Assembly (NCBI GenBank): GCA_009914755.4
Contig: CP086569.2
Coordinates: forward strand, 19,328,001 to 19,392,000
Length of the DNA: 64,000 nucleotides
Direction: 5' to 3'
From: the human T2T-CHM13v2.0 reference genome, Homo sapiens
Shown: positions 1 to 12,800 of the stretch, in pieces
Numbering within the stretch: the stretch's first letter is position 1
How the letters are laid out: each line of letters starts with the position of its first letter
Position numbers and translations under genes: made by a program
Notes under the pieces: generated by a model
What the model was told of the DNA's origin: nothing
Seen by the model: the letters and a program-made list of their open reading frames with translations, nothing else
The model's database searches: none

Positions 1-1870
1 AAATCAGAACCAGAACATTCTGTATGACTGATAGGACCAGCTCCATGGCTGCAGCAGGCTGTAAGAGGTGAAGGCATGTTCCTGGCTAAGCAGTGTCCAA
101 AACTCCTGTAATAGGACCCGGTATGGTGAACCTGAGAGTAAAAGTAAAAGTGAAAGTGCACCACAAGGGAGAAAATGAAAGGAAAAGTGTATAAATGAAC
201 TCCATTGGAGTGCACAATAAAGAATTTTCAAAAGGATTTAGAGGTGATTATAGCATAAAACTGGATGCTCAAAATTTAAGAACATACTGTGAGATAGCCT
301 GGCCTGCTTTCAATGAGGGCTGGCCCTCTGAAGGTACAATAGACAGGGTATGAATTGACTGCATGTTTAAGGTGGTCACTGGAGTTGAAGGACAACCAGG
401 ATACCCAGACCAGTTTCTGTATATACTCTTGGCTCAATGTGGCACAAACTCACCCCAAGTGGCTGCAGCCTTGCCTAGAGGGATATTGCAAGGCATTAGT
501 GGCTCGAGCAGCCCAACCAAAGGAAGCAGAGGAAACTAAAGCCCCTAGCATCTCCCTGGAAAGGGAATCCTTGAAGCCTTAGCCAAAACCAGTTCTTCAG
601 GTTCCACCTGATGAAAGGGAATGTCTGCCCCATATGTGCCAGTCTACTCATCTTTGGTCAGAATAAAGCAGGAGGCAGAGTCAGGATCATCCGGAGAGTC
701 AGGCTCAGAGAAAAGTGAGGCTCAGTGTCCCCACACCCAGAGGAACAGAAACCCCTGTTAGAGAAAAACAACCAAAAAATGGACTGGGTGAGGCAGCTGG
801 GCATCTCCACTCAGGCCGACCCTGGGATTTGCAGATGCCACTTTGAGAAACCAGGACACAAGTTTATGATGACCAGAGGCAGATACAAGGTGGCCCTAGG
901 CTTTATGTTTATCAGCCTTTCTCCACTACTGATCTCTTAAATTGGAAACAGCCCACCCCCTCCTATACAGAAAAGTCTCAGGCTCTTATTGATTTGGTAA
1001 ATTCTGTTATTAACACGCATAACCTGACCTGGCCAGATTGTGAATAACTTTTGCTAACTTCATTTAATACAGAGGAGCATAAAAGAGTTAATCCGGCAGC
1101 TCTGATCTGTTTAGAAGGGGAGCCCCAGAGACCACCCCTAACCCTCACCAGTTCACCGTGGAGTGATACCCAAATGAGAACCCTAACTGGGAACCAAATG
1201 AGGCAAGGAACATGGAATGGCTGCCGCTATATAGAAAGGCACTCCTAAATGGGATAAAGCAGGAGAAAGGAAGGAAATAAATACAAGTAAAATATCAGAA
1301 GTGAGCCAAAATTCTGAGAAAAGCCCAAGTGCATTCCATAAAAGGCTTTGGGAGGCATATAGACTGTACACTCCAGTTATTCTGGAGGCTCCTAAAAACC
1401 AAATTATGATAAATATGACCTTTATCGGGCAAGCTCAGGGAGTCATAAATCAAAAGTTTCAGAAGCTGGAAAGCTTTGCAGGAAAAAATATTAGTAAACT
1501 CCTGAAAACAGCAAACAAAATATATGTAAACCAGAAAGAAGAGGCAGAAAGAAAGAAAAAATAAATAAAAATAAAAACCAAAAGACAGCTCAATTTATAG
1601 CTACTGCACTAACAGAAATTAACCCTGGATTTGCTAGAGGGTATAGCTGAGGCAGAGGCCAAGGAAGAGGGCAGACAAGACCGGGAGAGGAAAGCCAGTC
1701 CCGGTTGGACAGGAACCAATGTGCAAGATACAGGCAAATGGGCCACTGGAAAAATGAGTGCCCCGATTAAAAAAAAAAAAATGAAGATGACGGTCAATTG
1801 TCTAACACCCGAGTGCAACTTTCGGTTGCTAGTCGTGGTGCTTCAAAGGCAGATCTTGATCTGATCAGCT
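1..1870 (+). pseudogene. gag remnant (MA/p12?-CA-NC), multiple frameshifts and stops
   Basis: ORF 725-940 '...GFMFISLSPLLIS' is roughly the MLV CA N-terminus (WPFSSSDLYNW). ORF 1301-1564 matches the CA C-terminus (SAFHKRLWEAYRLYTP...). ORF 1631-1864 carries a degenerate Cys-His knuckle ('QDTGKWATGKMSAP'). Confidence 0.75.
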
Positions 1871-1947
1871 TAGTGGGGGCCAAAAATTTAGAAGACTAAG
1901 ACAGACCAGGCTTCATCCTTTTAGGCCCCAGGGAGCCTATATTCTCC

Positions 1948-2300
1948 ATGGAAGTACAGGGCCGATTAATGAATTTTTTGGTCAATACTGGTGCTGATTT
2001 CTCTGTGGTAACTCATCCAATTAACTGCCCCACAAAAAACTGTCCTACTGTCATACGGGCTACTGGGGCCAAAGACAGGAGACCTCTCTACAAATTCAAG
2101 AGATGTGTTATTGGGGGACAAGAATTCAGCATGACTTTCTATACATGCCAAAATGTCCAGTGCCCTTATTGGAAAGAGACTTCCTCCAGAAACTGCAGGC
2201 ACAGGTTTCCTTTACACCTAAAGGGGATATGACCCTGGAGATAGGGAAGCCAAAGGCAATGGTATTGACTCTAACTGTCCCAAAAACTGAGGAATGGCGG
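1948..2300 (+). pseudogene. retroviral aspartic protease remnant
   Basis: ORF 1948-2232 'LVNTGADFSVV' active-site motif near 1984-1995. Continues into the frame-shifted ORF 2103-2555. Confidence 0.75.
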
Positions 2301-4405
2301 CTCTATAAACTGTGTACCAGGAGGCTGCCAGAGCCTGACCTACACAATACGTGGGGAATGCTTTTCGAGGTACCAGGTGTATGCGCTGAGGACAACCCCC
2401 CTGGACTTGTTGCAAACAGACCCCCAGTGATAATAAAGCTTAAATCTCATGCTGCCCCGGTACTAGTCCGTCAACACCCCCCACCCAGAGAGGCAATTGA
2501 TGACATAACGAAACATTTAAATCGGCCCTATAAACATGGGATTATAATAAAATGAAAGTCTTCCTGGAATACTCCTCTGTTGTCTGTGCGCAAGCCAAAT
2601 GGTGAATACAGGCCACTGCAGGACCTCCAGGAGGTAAACAAGGCCACTGTCACTATCCATGCCATAGTACCCAACCCATACACAATGCTGGGACAGATTC
2701 CTGCTGACGCCGCCTGGTTCACGTGTCTGGACTTAAGGCATGCTTTCTTTTGCTTGAGACTTGCTCCCCAAAATCAGCCTATATTTGCCTTCTAGTGGAG
2801 ACAATCGCAGTATACCTGGACAAGGCTGCCGCAAGGGTTTAAGAATTCTCCCACTATTTTCGACGAGGCTTTGGCTTCCGACCTTGAGGCTTTTGCGCCA
2901 CCTAGTGACAATTGTGTGCTATTACAACACATTGATGATTTGCTCTTCGCTGCCCCCACGAGGGAGAAATACCTCTAAGGAACAGAGAGCCTTCTTCACC
3001 TGCTTTGTGAAGCTGGTTACTAAGTGTCCAAGGACAAGGCAAAAGTCTGATTTTGGAGGTTGAATATCTAGAATTCATGGTATCCCAAGGCCAGCGCAGA
3101 CTTAAAAGTGCATGCAAGGAGGCTGTGCGTGCATTGCCCACCCCAGTTACAAGGCAGCAGCTCAGGAAATTTCTAGGTGTAGCGGGATTCTGCCGAACCT
3201 GGATTCCAAACTTCTCCCTTACAGCAAGGCCCTTATATGAGACTACCAAAGAAAAAGAAAAAGAGGGCCCCTCCTATGGAAAAAGAAACAAGAAAGGGCC
3301 TTGAAAGGTATAAAGGAAGCTCTCATCCAAACTCCGGTGCTAGGGTTGCCAGATGTAAAAAAGCCCTTCCTTTTGTATGTGGATAAACAAAAGGGAATGA
3401 CAGTCGGACTCTTAGCTCAATTGTTGGGTTCTTGGCATCAGCTGGTAGCATACTTACCCAAAAGACTGGACTTGGTGGCCTTAGGTTGGCCCCACTGCTT
3501 CAGGGCGTTGGCAGCTACTGCAATCCTTATAGAAGATGCCAACAAGCTAGCCCTAGGTCAAAAGTTAATAGTTCAGGACTCACATGCTGTAATCACCTTA
3601 ATGGAGCAAAGAGGACATCATTGACTGTCCAATTCTAAAATGCTAAAGTATCAAGGGCTTCTGTATGAAAATACCCAGATAACACTAGAGACTGTAAATA
3701 CCTTAAATCCAGCTACCCTGCTGCCTGTGGAGAAACGGGATTGAAAGGACAGTGGGTTGCCTCACTGCTGGCAGGAACTTCCCCACTGTTGCATAAATAC
3801 GGTGGACAAAGTCTTCTAGAGCCAGGAAGATCTCAGATATATCCCCTTGGAGAGCTCAGATGTTAAATACTTCACTGATGGTAGCAGTTTCATAAGAGAT
3901 GGGGTACAATATGCAGGGTATACAGTACTGATCCAACACTCGGTGGTCCAGGCTCAGGCCTTACCTTCTGGGACTTCTGCTCAGAAGGCTAAATTAATAG
4001 CATTAACCAGAGCACCATTATTGGCCAAGAAAAAAAGTAAACATATATACTGAAAAAAAAAGAAACATATATACTGATTCAAGATATACTTTTACAATCC
4101 TGCACACCCATGGGGCAGTATACAAAGATAGAGGAGTTTTGACTACTAAAGGCCAAAGAAAAAAATTTACAATTATTAAAAGCCATATAGGCTCCAGAGA
4201 AAGTGGCTGTCATTCATTGCAAAGGACACCAAATTGGGAAAAGCTGAGACACAGGGCAATAGAAAGGCAGACCGAGAGGCTAGGCAGGCAGCAATGATCA
4301 AGGCTTTACCTGAAGAAAAAACTTTAGCAATTCCTCTCCTTATAGAGCCCCCTTGGCTGGAGCTACCCAATTACTCTTCAGTAAAAAACTTGGTTTTGTC
4401 AGAAA
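2300..4405 (+). pseudogene. pol remnant: reverse transcriptase + RNase H + only the first ~35 aa of integrase
   Basis: 2560-2795 'SVRKPNGEYRPLQDLQEVNKATVTIHAIVPNPYTMLGQIP...FTCLDLRHAFFCLRLAPQNQPIFAF' matches the gammaretroviral RT N-terminus. '[20 protein letters not shown]' sits at ~2826-2885 and '[11 protein letters not shown]' at ~2929-2960. The RNase H block spans 3847-4330. Sequence after 'TLAIPLLIEPP' (~4340-4400) ends in a (TA)n tract, with env following at 4534, so about 1 kb of integrase is missing. Confidence 0.8.
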
Positions 4406-4408
4406 AAC

Positions 4409-4430
4409 AATATATATATATATATATATT
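4409..4430. repeat. (TA)n microsatellite at the integrase-deletion junction
   Basis: 'caatatatatatatatatatatt'. Confidence 0.9.
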
Positions 4431-4533
4431 AAAGGTGGATGGTGGCTGTTGTCTGACAGCAGGCTAGCCATCCTGGAAGTTGAGTAGTCCACACACGGCC
4501 AAAGCTAAGAGGGCCATCTCTGAATAAGTAAAT

Positions 4534-6876
4534 ATGAACACAATTTATAACCCTCATTATAATTATGTTAATACTGATTTTTCTGTTGCTTTGTTATTAC
4601 TGCAAATGCTGCAAATGTCTATGCCCAGAGGAAGGTTTCCCATGCCCACGTGTAGTGTAAGCATGTTTCTAATACATACACTGATGTTGCTATCATTTCT
4701 GCCTATGCTAGAAGGGGAAAAATCTTTAGAGGGATGCCCACACTGTGTACACACTACCTCGGTAAAAAATACCATAGTTAAAACTCTACTGTACCATACC
4801 TACTATGAATGTACAGAAACCAAGTTAGGGACATGCACATACAACCAGACCACCTGTTCAGTCTATGACTGAGGAAATAATCAGCTGTATGTATCTTATG
4901 ACCCTGAGCCCTTACCCTGTGAATTCTGGTTTGAGGTACATATTAAATCAGAAAAGAAAAAAAAACTTATAGCTCAAACAAAAGAAACCTCACCCTCCTA
5001 TAAGGGGCCTATTTCCTTGTACTTTAATTCCTGCCATGCTGCATATGTTCCTAATCCTAAAAAAAACAGAAGCTGTCTGCAATGGTTTAACACAAAAGAG
5101 GCTTAGCAGAAGCAGACCTAAACATCTGTATGAAAAAACACAAATCGGATGCCCAGACTGTAATATTCAGTGTTCTATGCTAACACAGCTCCAACACTTA
5201 TATTCAGGAAGGACTCTTCTGCTAAGTAGTATGCCAACCAAACCAAATTCTAAGACAAGGACATGTACTCCTTTAAATTTTACTTTCCTAAAGCCAGAGC
5301 TATCTTTTTGGTCTACAGGACAGATGACACTATTATGGGTTAATAGACAAGGAGCAGACCTTGGAGTTCTACTACTAATTGCCAAAAAGAATAGAAGGAC
5401 TCAAATGCATCCAACCCTGAAATTCCGGGTTTATAAGTCATTCTGTAAGCATTTTGATCAGTCAGTGACTGAGTTTCCTTCATCAACCAAAAACTTATTT
5501 ACTCAACTAAGTAAAAACATAGCTGGCAGCTTAGGAATTTCCTCATGCTACGCATGTCAAAAAACTGATATGGGGGACCAGTTGCTATGGGAGGCTAAGA
5601 AATTGATGCCACAAGTAACTTCACTTCACCTAACCATGCCAGTGAACCCACAGCCTTAGCCAGTGTTTGGTTGTTAAAAACCTCCATAATTGGAAAGTAC
5701 TGTATCGCCTAATGGGGAAAGGCTTTTCACAGAGGCAGCAGGAAAAACAACCTGCCTAGGACAACAGTATTATGATAAGACTAAAAACAGAACTCTAGGG
5801 AGAAATGCCCAGAACGACTCCTACTTACCAGATCCAAATGCTTTCTCTTGATTCTCTACCCTAAGCCACTCTTGGCATCAGCTAAAGACTCCAAATGCTT
5901 GGAAAGCACCCTCTGGCCTATATTGGGTCTGTGGAGCATGGGCATATCGGCAACTGCTGGCTAAATGGACAGGGGCATGTGTGTTAGAAACAATCAAGCC
6001 ATCCCTCTTTTTAATTCCTCTAAAGCAAGGGGAACTCTTAGGGTATCCAGTTTATAGTAAAAGTTAAAGAAACTAAAAAAATACATAATCACAAAACTAA
6101 ACACAAATGTGAAAAAGTGTAAACACAGAAGACTACAAAGATAATAAATGGCCTCCTGAAAAAATCATTAAATATTATGGGCCAGCTACTTGGGTGCAAG
6201 ATGGGTCATGGGGGTATCGTACCAAAATCTATATGCTCAACCACATCATAAGGTTACAGGCAGTCCTAGAAATTATAACCAATGAAACGTCAAGGGCACT
6301 AAATTTATTGACAATACAAGCAACACAAAAAAATGCTATATATCAAAATAAATTAGCTTATCTCTTAGCCTCAAAGAAAGTATGTAAACATTTAATTTAA
6401 CCAACTGTTGCCTAGAAATTGATAATAATGGCCAAGCTGTCATAAAATCCACAGCTAAAATGCACAAGTTGGCCCATGTTCCAGTTCGGACTTTGTCCAG
6501 ATGGTTCCCGGATTCCTTGTTTGGAAAATGGTTCTCAACCTTTGGGGAATTCAAAACCCTCATTGGTGGGTTTTTGTTTATTCTTGGCATCTGCCTCATC
6601 CTCCCTTGCCTTTTAACTCTGTATATTAGGAACATTCAGTCAACTGTAGAGGCAGTAGTAACCCAACACAGTACCACACAGTTGATGGCATTAACCAAAT
6701 ATCAGCTGCTGCCAGTAAAACTATCTTCAGTCTGCACTTTTCTCCAGTGCATTCTGAAACACTGGAATTTCTTTACCTTCGAGGCTCTGAGAAAAAAATA
6801 TGGCTTATATTATACTGCACAAAGGCATGGAAATTACACTAGCTCTAAGACAAAAAGATGTGGCCTTCTGAGATAA
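4534..6876 (+). pseudogene. env remnant (SU degenerate; TM with membrane anchor largely open)
   Basis: ORF 4534-4872 is a hydrophobic signal-like N-terminus. ORF 5036-5659 has the SU 'CYACQ' (CXXC-like) motif. 6194-6400 holds a degenerate ISD-like 'LQAVLEI..ALNLLT..CKHLI'. ORF 6460-6876 '[65 protein letters not shown]' is typical of the gamma-type TM C-terminus. Confidence 0.7.
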
Positions 6877-6879
6877 AAG

Positions 6880-7260
6880 TTTATTTTAATAGTATATAAT
6901 TATCAGGTCTCTTTTTCAGATGAAAGAGCCATTAGTATGAGTTTCTGATGGACAAGCTTTCTTTACCTTAGGCGATAACCCAGACCTTTGTAAGCATTGT
7001 AAAATATTTTCTGGCCTTTTGGCAGTCTTGTCAAGCAAGGTTACAGAAGATAATTTCCCAAAATCAGAGAGACAAACCCCTAGGTAGCCCTTAAATGCAA
7101 CTTTTAAACACCCTACCTGCCCCTCTTTTAAGGGCTTTCCAATATTCCTATCATGAGTTTCTCTCCCTGTGCCACCCAATAAACCCCCACCTTCACTGTA
7201 GGCCCTGCAGAAAATGCCAGATGGTACTACTAAACTTCAGGTTTCCTTTTTATTGCAGGA
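6880..7260 (+). promoter_or_regulatory. Possible 3' LTR remnant (truncated) with a poly(A) signal
   Basis: Lies immediately after the env stop. AATAAA sits in 'gccacccaataaacccccacc' (~7176-7190). No clean TG...CA termini or polypurine tract seen, so this is weak. Confidence 0.3.
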
Positions 7261-9701
7261 TTAAAAATAAATAAATATACATCTAGTCAAGTTATCTGAT
7301 TACTCTGATAGATATATAGAGACATTCTGAAATCTAACAGAGGTGTTTCATTTTATGCAGAAAGATGCCACATTACTCCTAAACCCAATTCTATATTTGG
7401 CAGAAAATTTGGCAGCTTTTCAGGCAACAGAAAGATTTGAAGATGAACAGGGTATTTACTACAGCCAGTCTAAAAGTATACAGGGAAAAATCTAGAACAA
7501 TGGAGGGTGAAAGACAAAAGTAAGGTAAACAGCAGAATCTTTATTCCCAACAGGAAGAAAGACATTCCTCTTTGAAAACTTAGTTGGAATACATACACGC
7601 AATTTAAATGATTAAGTAGTGTGAGAACAAGTGTAAAGTTTCAGCAAATGTTTAGTATATAAAGAAGAGACAATTTTGCCAGCAAATTGCTACATGATTT
7701 CAGAGCTACTAATGCACAGATTAAATCAATGTGTGCATTACAACAAGGTCTGCAATTCCTGGCAGCCATTCCAAGGGACTGGTCTCTCATAGGAGTAGAT
7801 CTTTAAAATTCTTTTCTTACTATACCCTTACATGTGAAGGATAAGCCTTCATTTGCCTTCTCTGTGCCTTCTATCAAACAAAAACAGCTTGTTTCTCATT
7901 ACCAGTGGAAAGTTTTACACAAAAACATGCTCATCAATCCTATGTTATATCAACATTTTGTAGGACATTATGCCATGAGAATCCGACCTCATGGCATAAA
8001 CTTCACTGACACTGGTGAAGAAACTTTAGCATCTCTTCACTACATCTCACTGGGATTCAATCCCAATGTGCAGCAGACCTTGCTTGGAACAGGCTTTAGA
8101 CCACCTTTCCTCAATGACATTATCAAGGAAGACAGTTCCAGTTCAGGAGTTGATAGGGAAGGCAGCACTCCCCTTTATGGATGGCAGCTTTTGTGTCGGA
8201 ACACTATTTAATTATAGTAATTCTGCTCAACACAGTTTTAATGTTACTTTTGTAGAAAATATTACCACTCAATTTGCAATTTGTGTTTTTAAACCTTACA
8301 TTTTTTTAGCAGCAAAAAAAAAATTAAGGTAAACGATGCCCATTTGACTTGTGATTCCTTTCAACCGTATAATTCCCTTAATTGTAGCACAATAAAAACA
8401 TGCAGCATATCCACCCTAATAATTCTAGGTTGCAACCCCCAATTACGGATTCTTGTAAATCTGTCTGAGTCTTCCGTGGCCACCTCTGGTTTACATTTTG
8501 TAAATCTTTTTCTTACTCAGCTTACTCATAGTGCTTGTAGAACCTTAGGCATGATAATTTTTGTGAAAGTCTCCTTAGGTACATTAATCACTTCTGTTGT
8601 GGTGTCCTTAGTAGCAATGCACAGCTCCATTCAAACAGCTAAATATGAAGAAAATAGGATGTGTGCAGCCAACCAGGCATGGATGCTTAAAAATAAATGA
8701 AACACGGAGATACAAATGGAGGTAGCAATGTTAAAGACTATAGTTCTGTGGCTAGGAAAACAAGTACAAAGTTTGTAGTTGCAGCAGCAATTGCATTCTC
8801 ATTTTAACTATACTTGTATTTGTTTAACCAATTTGGAATAAAACTAACGTGAATATCAATGAAACCTTGTAAAGTCCCATTTGCAGGGGGCTTTCACATC
8901 AAATGTTACTTTTGATATGAATGATTTACAAAGTAAAATCCTTAATTTGAATAAACATTCAAGTATTTCAGCCCTCTTTAAAAACTTGGGTGGTATTCCA
9001 GCAGGGTTTAGAGAGCCTTAAGCTTTGGATCTCCTCCAAACAGCACCTCAATGTCTTTTCTGTGATTATCAGAGTGATATTATTGTGTCTCCATTTTATG
9101 TCTATTGTCTGTAAAATCAGCTGGACCACCAAATAGCAATTGAGAGCTGCACAGTCTGCAATTACCTTTACTCAACTAATTCAAAAACAAAAAGGAGGAG
9201 ACGTTGGAGGTCAAAAGAATGAGGGTTGTGACCAATTCAGTAATGACTGGAGAGTCTATGAGCAGACAGCAAACTCTTCTCATGAAAGCAGGATGTTGGC
9301 AAACTGATACACCACCTCTGGTGCCAGAAGGAATGCTGAGGGCAGTCATGCCCCAAGCACAGCTTTCCTTGTGGTTTTATATACAGGAACAACTGAAGCC
9401 TGTAGTATAAAGCAAGCAAGTACGTGAGATTGCGATAAATCGAGCAGCTGACCAATAATTACCTTTCCTCCCTATTGATTCTGCCTAGTCAATACGAAGT
9501 CCTGTAGAAGCTCAGGACCTTTGCTCCCTGGAAGGAATAAGCCCCCTGACTCTTCTTTTAAAACAGAACTTTTTTGTCTTTGTCTTCATTTCTGCATTCA
9601 CTCCCCTTCATTTCATCCTATAGTAACTGACTGCCACATTGTCGCTATTAAAATCCAAAAAAAAAAAAAAAAAAAAAATAGATGGGCTTGTTGGAAGGCA
9701 T

Positions 9702-9880
9702 ATGTAATTCAATTACTCAGGAGGCTGAGACAGAAGAATCCCTTACACCCGGGAGACAGATGTTGCATTGGGCCAAAATCATGCCTTTCCACCCCAGCCT
9801 GGGTGACAGAGTGAGGCTCCATCTCAAAAAAAGCAAAAAACAAAAAAGTAAAAAAGGAACAAAACAAAACAAAAAATATG
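9702..9880 (+). mobile_element. Alu right-arm fragment with A-rich tail; preceded by a separate poly(A) run at 9655-9680
   Basis: 'tgtaattcaattactcaggaggctgagacagaagaatc...cagcctgggtgacagagtgaggctccatctcaaaaaaa'. Confidence 0.85.
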
Positions 9881-10402
9881 ATTCAATTAGAAGAACCAAA
9901 AAATAAGATGCGGGCTGAGAAAAGTCTAGGAAACATATCTGAAAAGTGACTTTCATGCGAAATATACAAAGAAATAAGTTGACCCAATTAATAGGTAAAG
10001 ACCTGAATAGATACCTCACCAAACAAGATATGGAGATGGAAAACAGGCAAACGAAATACTGATCGCTAAGCCCCTGTTTCATCTGCTGAAGGCTGAAGCT
10101 CCAAGCCATTTTCTGAGGAACAACAGTGGCTGCCAGAGTGGCAGTGGCTCCAAAGACTATTCCAACCTACCCCAGCTCTACCCTTCCTCCAGGGTGCAAG
10201 CGTTCCCCAGACATTAGGCATGATCTCCAGGAAACAGCCAGAAGCTGGCTGTTTTCTTTCTCAGGTTTTCTTAATTTTATCTATGCCAACAAGTATCCTT
10301 TGGTTGGAAGTTTTATTTTTATTGTAACAATCTTGAGGCCTTGGCAAGTATTAGAAAAGACAGTTTTCAACCTACACTTGTCCCATAAAGAGATAAAATA
10401 AT

Positions 10403-10735
10403 GGGCTTGGCCAGAGATGGTGGCTTGCACCTGTAATCTGAGCACTTTAGGAGGCTAAGCCAAGTGGATGTCCTTAGGTCAGGTATTTGAGATCATCCTG
10501 ATCGACATGATGAAACAAGCTCTCTACTAAAAATATAAAAAATTAGCCAGGAGTGGTGGTGGACTCCTGTAATCCCTGATCTCCAGGAGGCTGAGACAGG
10601 AGAATTGCATGAACCCGGAAAGCTGACATTACCAGAGCCTAGATCACGCCATTGCACTCCAGCCATGGGAACAGAGTGAGACTCCATCTCAAACAAACAA
10701 ACAAACAAAAACAAACAAACAAAACTATTCAATTG
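10403..10735 (+). mobile_element. Full-length Alu (AluS/Y-like) with (CAAA)n tail
   Basis: 'ggcttggccagagatggtggcttgcacctgtaatc...gcactccagccatgggaacagagtgagactccatctcaaacaaacaaac'. Confidence 0.9.
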
Positions 10736-11644
10736 CTTTATTAGGCAGTTATTTTAGAATGATTGGTAGAATTCATTATTATTTTAGTATGCTGAAGATA
10801 GAAAACACAGTGACAGCAATAAGTAAAAACCAAATAACAAGTCATTATAAATTCCTGGAATTAATTTCATCTATCATTCTTTCTGGCTTTTGTTATTTAA
10901 AATGTGTACTGCTGAAATTATCAGATGTTTTATTTGTGACGTCTAAATGCAAAAAGAGACAAAAGTTAGTAAACCATTATTAAATGAATCTCAGTCTTCA
11001 AATTTCATTCTGATACAGTGGAATGTTTTGTGAAAGATGAAAAACTAACAGACCAAACACATGTGATTTCAAATTTTGGCTTACTTTTGTAGAAGCAGAT
11101 TTAAGAACCAAAACCTTCATAGTTCTAATCTTTGTCAATGATTCAACACTGCAAGATAGGTACTGAAGTTGAAATCAGAGCTTTTTGTCAATTCCAACAG
11201 AAACTAGCTTGTGCTCTAGAAATTCCTGTTGCTCCCCTGACATCTGTAAAGAAATAATTTGATTGAAAGAGATCTCAACAAAGTGAAGCATCACACTAAT
11301 ACACCACGTTGTCTTAGTAGCTGCAGTTCACTATTTTATTGTAGTAACCATAAAATTAGAAAAAATAGCAGGATAAATGACTATGTGGACCAGCATAATG
11401 TTCTGAGTTTTTACCAAGTAGAGCTTATAATGTGTTTTTAAAAATTGATTTTCTGTGGCACAATACATGCATGTTTTTTGGCAGCAATCATAGATTAATG
11501 AACAAGCAATAACAGCAAAATAATGCTTAACAACAATTGTCATCTGGGGAAGGCAAATTAACATAAGAATGAGAGCACTAAACAGCTATACTATGTCTAA
11601 ATATCTTTTTAAATATAATCAAAACTGCAACAGAAAATCTCATT

Positions 11645-12270
11645 CATTGCTGATGGAATGCATAATTGTACAACAACCTTAAAATATGGCTGTTTTCTTC
11701 TGCCACAGTTTGGCAGTTTTTTCCAAAGGAAAACATGATCTCATCATATAGGCTAACAATTGCACACTTAGGTATTTAGACAACAGATTTGGAAACTCGC
11801 ATCTAACCAAAAACCACATGCATTTATGTATAACTGCTCTCTTGACAATGGCCAAATACTTTAAGGAAACAGGATACCCTTCAATATTAACCAAGCCAGA
11901 TAAATTCATAAAATGTGATACTATTCATTAAAAGAAAAAGAGTGATTTATGAAGTCATGCAAAGCCATGGAAGCATCAGGTATACATAAAGCTAAGTGAT
12001 AAAAGCCACTCTGAGGAGATGACATATTGTGTGATTTCATTTCTGTTGCATTACAGAGAAGAAATGTCTACAGAAACGGTAAATAGATTTGTAATTTACA
12101 GTGGTTTGTAGCAGGCAGGTAGTGAGTTGAATAGGAGAATGCAATGATGGAAAGAAACACAAATGGGCTGGGTGAGAAGGGACTCATTCTGCTTGATGAG
12201 ATCATGCTGGTCGTGCGGAAGAGCTAGGAATGTGTATAACAGCATGAATAACTAAATAGGCTTCTACTCA
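11645..12270 (+). mobile_element. Ancient L1 (L1M/L1P-type) 3'-end fragment
   Basis: 'cattcattgctgatggaatgc...ccacagtttggcagtt' matches the old-L1 3' region motif (ctggtgggaatgtaaaatggtacagccactttggaaaacagtttggcagtt) and its downstream sequence. Confidence 0.5.
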
Positions 12271-12299
12271 TGATAAGAGAGGAGTGTCTTCTTTCATCA

Positions 12300-12800
12300 C
12301 ACATGTAACTATTTTAGGACAACTTCTGAGGAAGCTTTTGTTGAATGTGATAAAACATACATAAACAAATTTACCATTTCAAACATCTTTGAATGTATAG
12401 TTCAGTAGCATTAACTATGCTCACACTGTGCAACCGTTACCACAATTTCTCATTCTCACTGGCAATGTATAAGGGTTCCAATTTCTCCACATACTCTCAA
12501 ACTTTTCCTTAACAAAAATAGATATTCCAATGGGGATAAAGTGGTAATCCCATGGTGGTTTAGGTGTTTATTGGCTGTGGATTTGTAAATGATTTCTTGG
12601 CTTTATCACTGAATGAACATAAAACAAAAGAAAAGATAGATCAATCGAATTTCATCAAAACTAAACACTTTGGTGCATCAAAGGACACTGTCTAGTTAAA
12701 AGGAAACCAACAGCATGGGACAAAATATTTGCAAGTCTTATGTATGTTATATATTCCAGTCACCCACTTGGATCTCTTCCAACTGCACTTTCCATTTTTT
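12300..12800. mobile_element. Mosaic of ancient L1 ORF2 C-terminal fragments in opposite orientations
   Basis: 12430-12600 antisense 'cactggcaatgtataagggttccaatttctccacatactc' (cf. ttcccaccagcaatgtatgagggttccaatttctccacatcctc). 12640-12790 sense, translating '..KHFGASKDTV.LKGNQQHGTKY' (cf. L1 ORF2 KNFCASKDTIKKVKRQPTEWEKIF). Confidence 0.45.

Larger units (their letters stand above)
1..7250 (+). mobile_element. Class I (gammaretrovirus-like) endogenous retrovirus, internal region gag-pro-pol(IN-deleted)-env plus a possible 3' LTR remnant. The 5' LTR and leader lie outside the window. Exact HERV family not assigned.
   Basis: Collinear retroviral domains on the + strand. Gag CA 'RLWEAYRLYTP' (cf. 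MLV LKEAYRRYTP) and an NC knuckle remnant. Protease 'VNTGADFSVV' (DTGA). RT '[16 protein letters not shown]' and 'QHIDDLLFA' (YXDD). RNase H 'YFTDGSS' and 'IHCKGHQ...GNRKADREARQAA'. Env TM with 'KLAHVP...FGKWF...[22 protein letters not shown]' anchor. Many stops and frameshifts. Confidence 0.85.

Noticed and set aside
9521-9906. ORFs 9521-9814 and 9682-9906 with K-rich tails
   Set aside because: They span poly(A) tracts and an Alu fragment. The lysine runs are poly-A translation.
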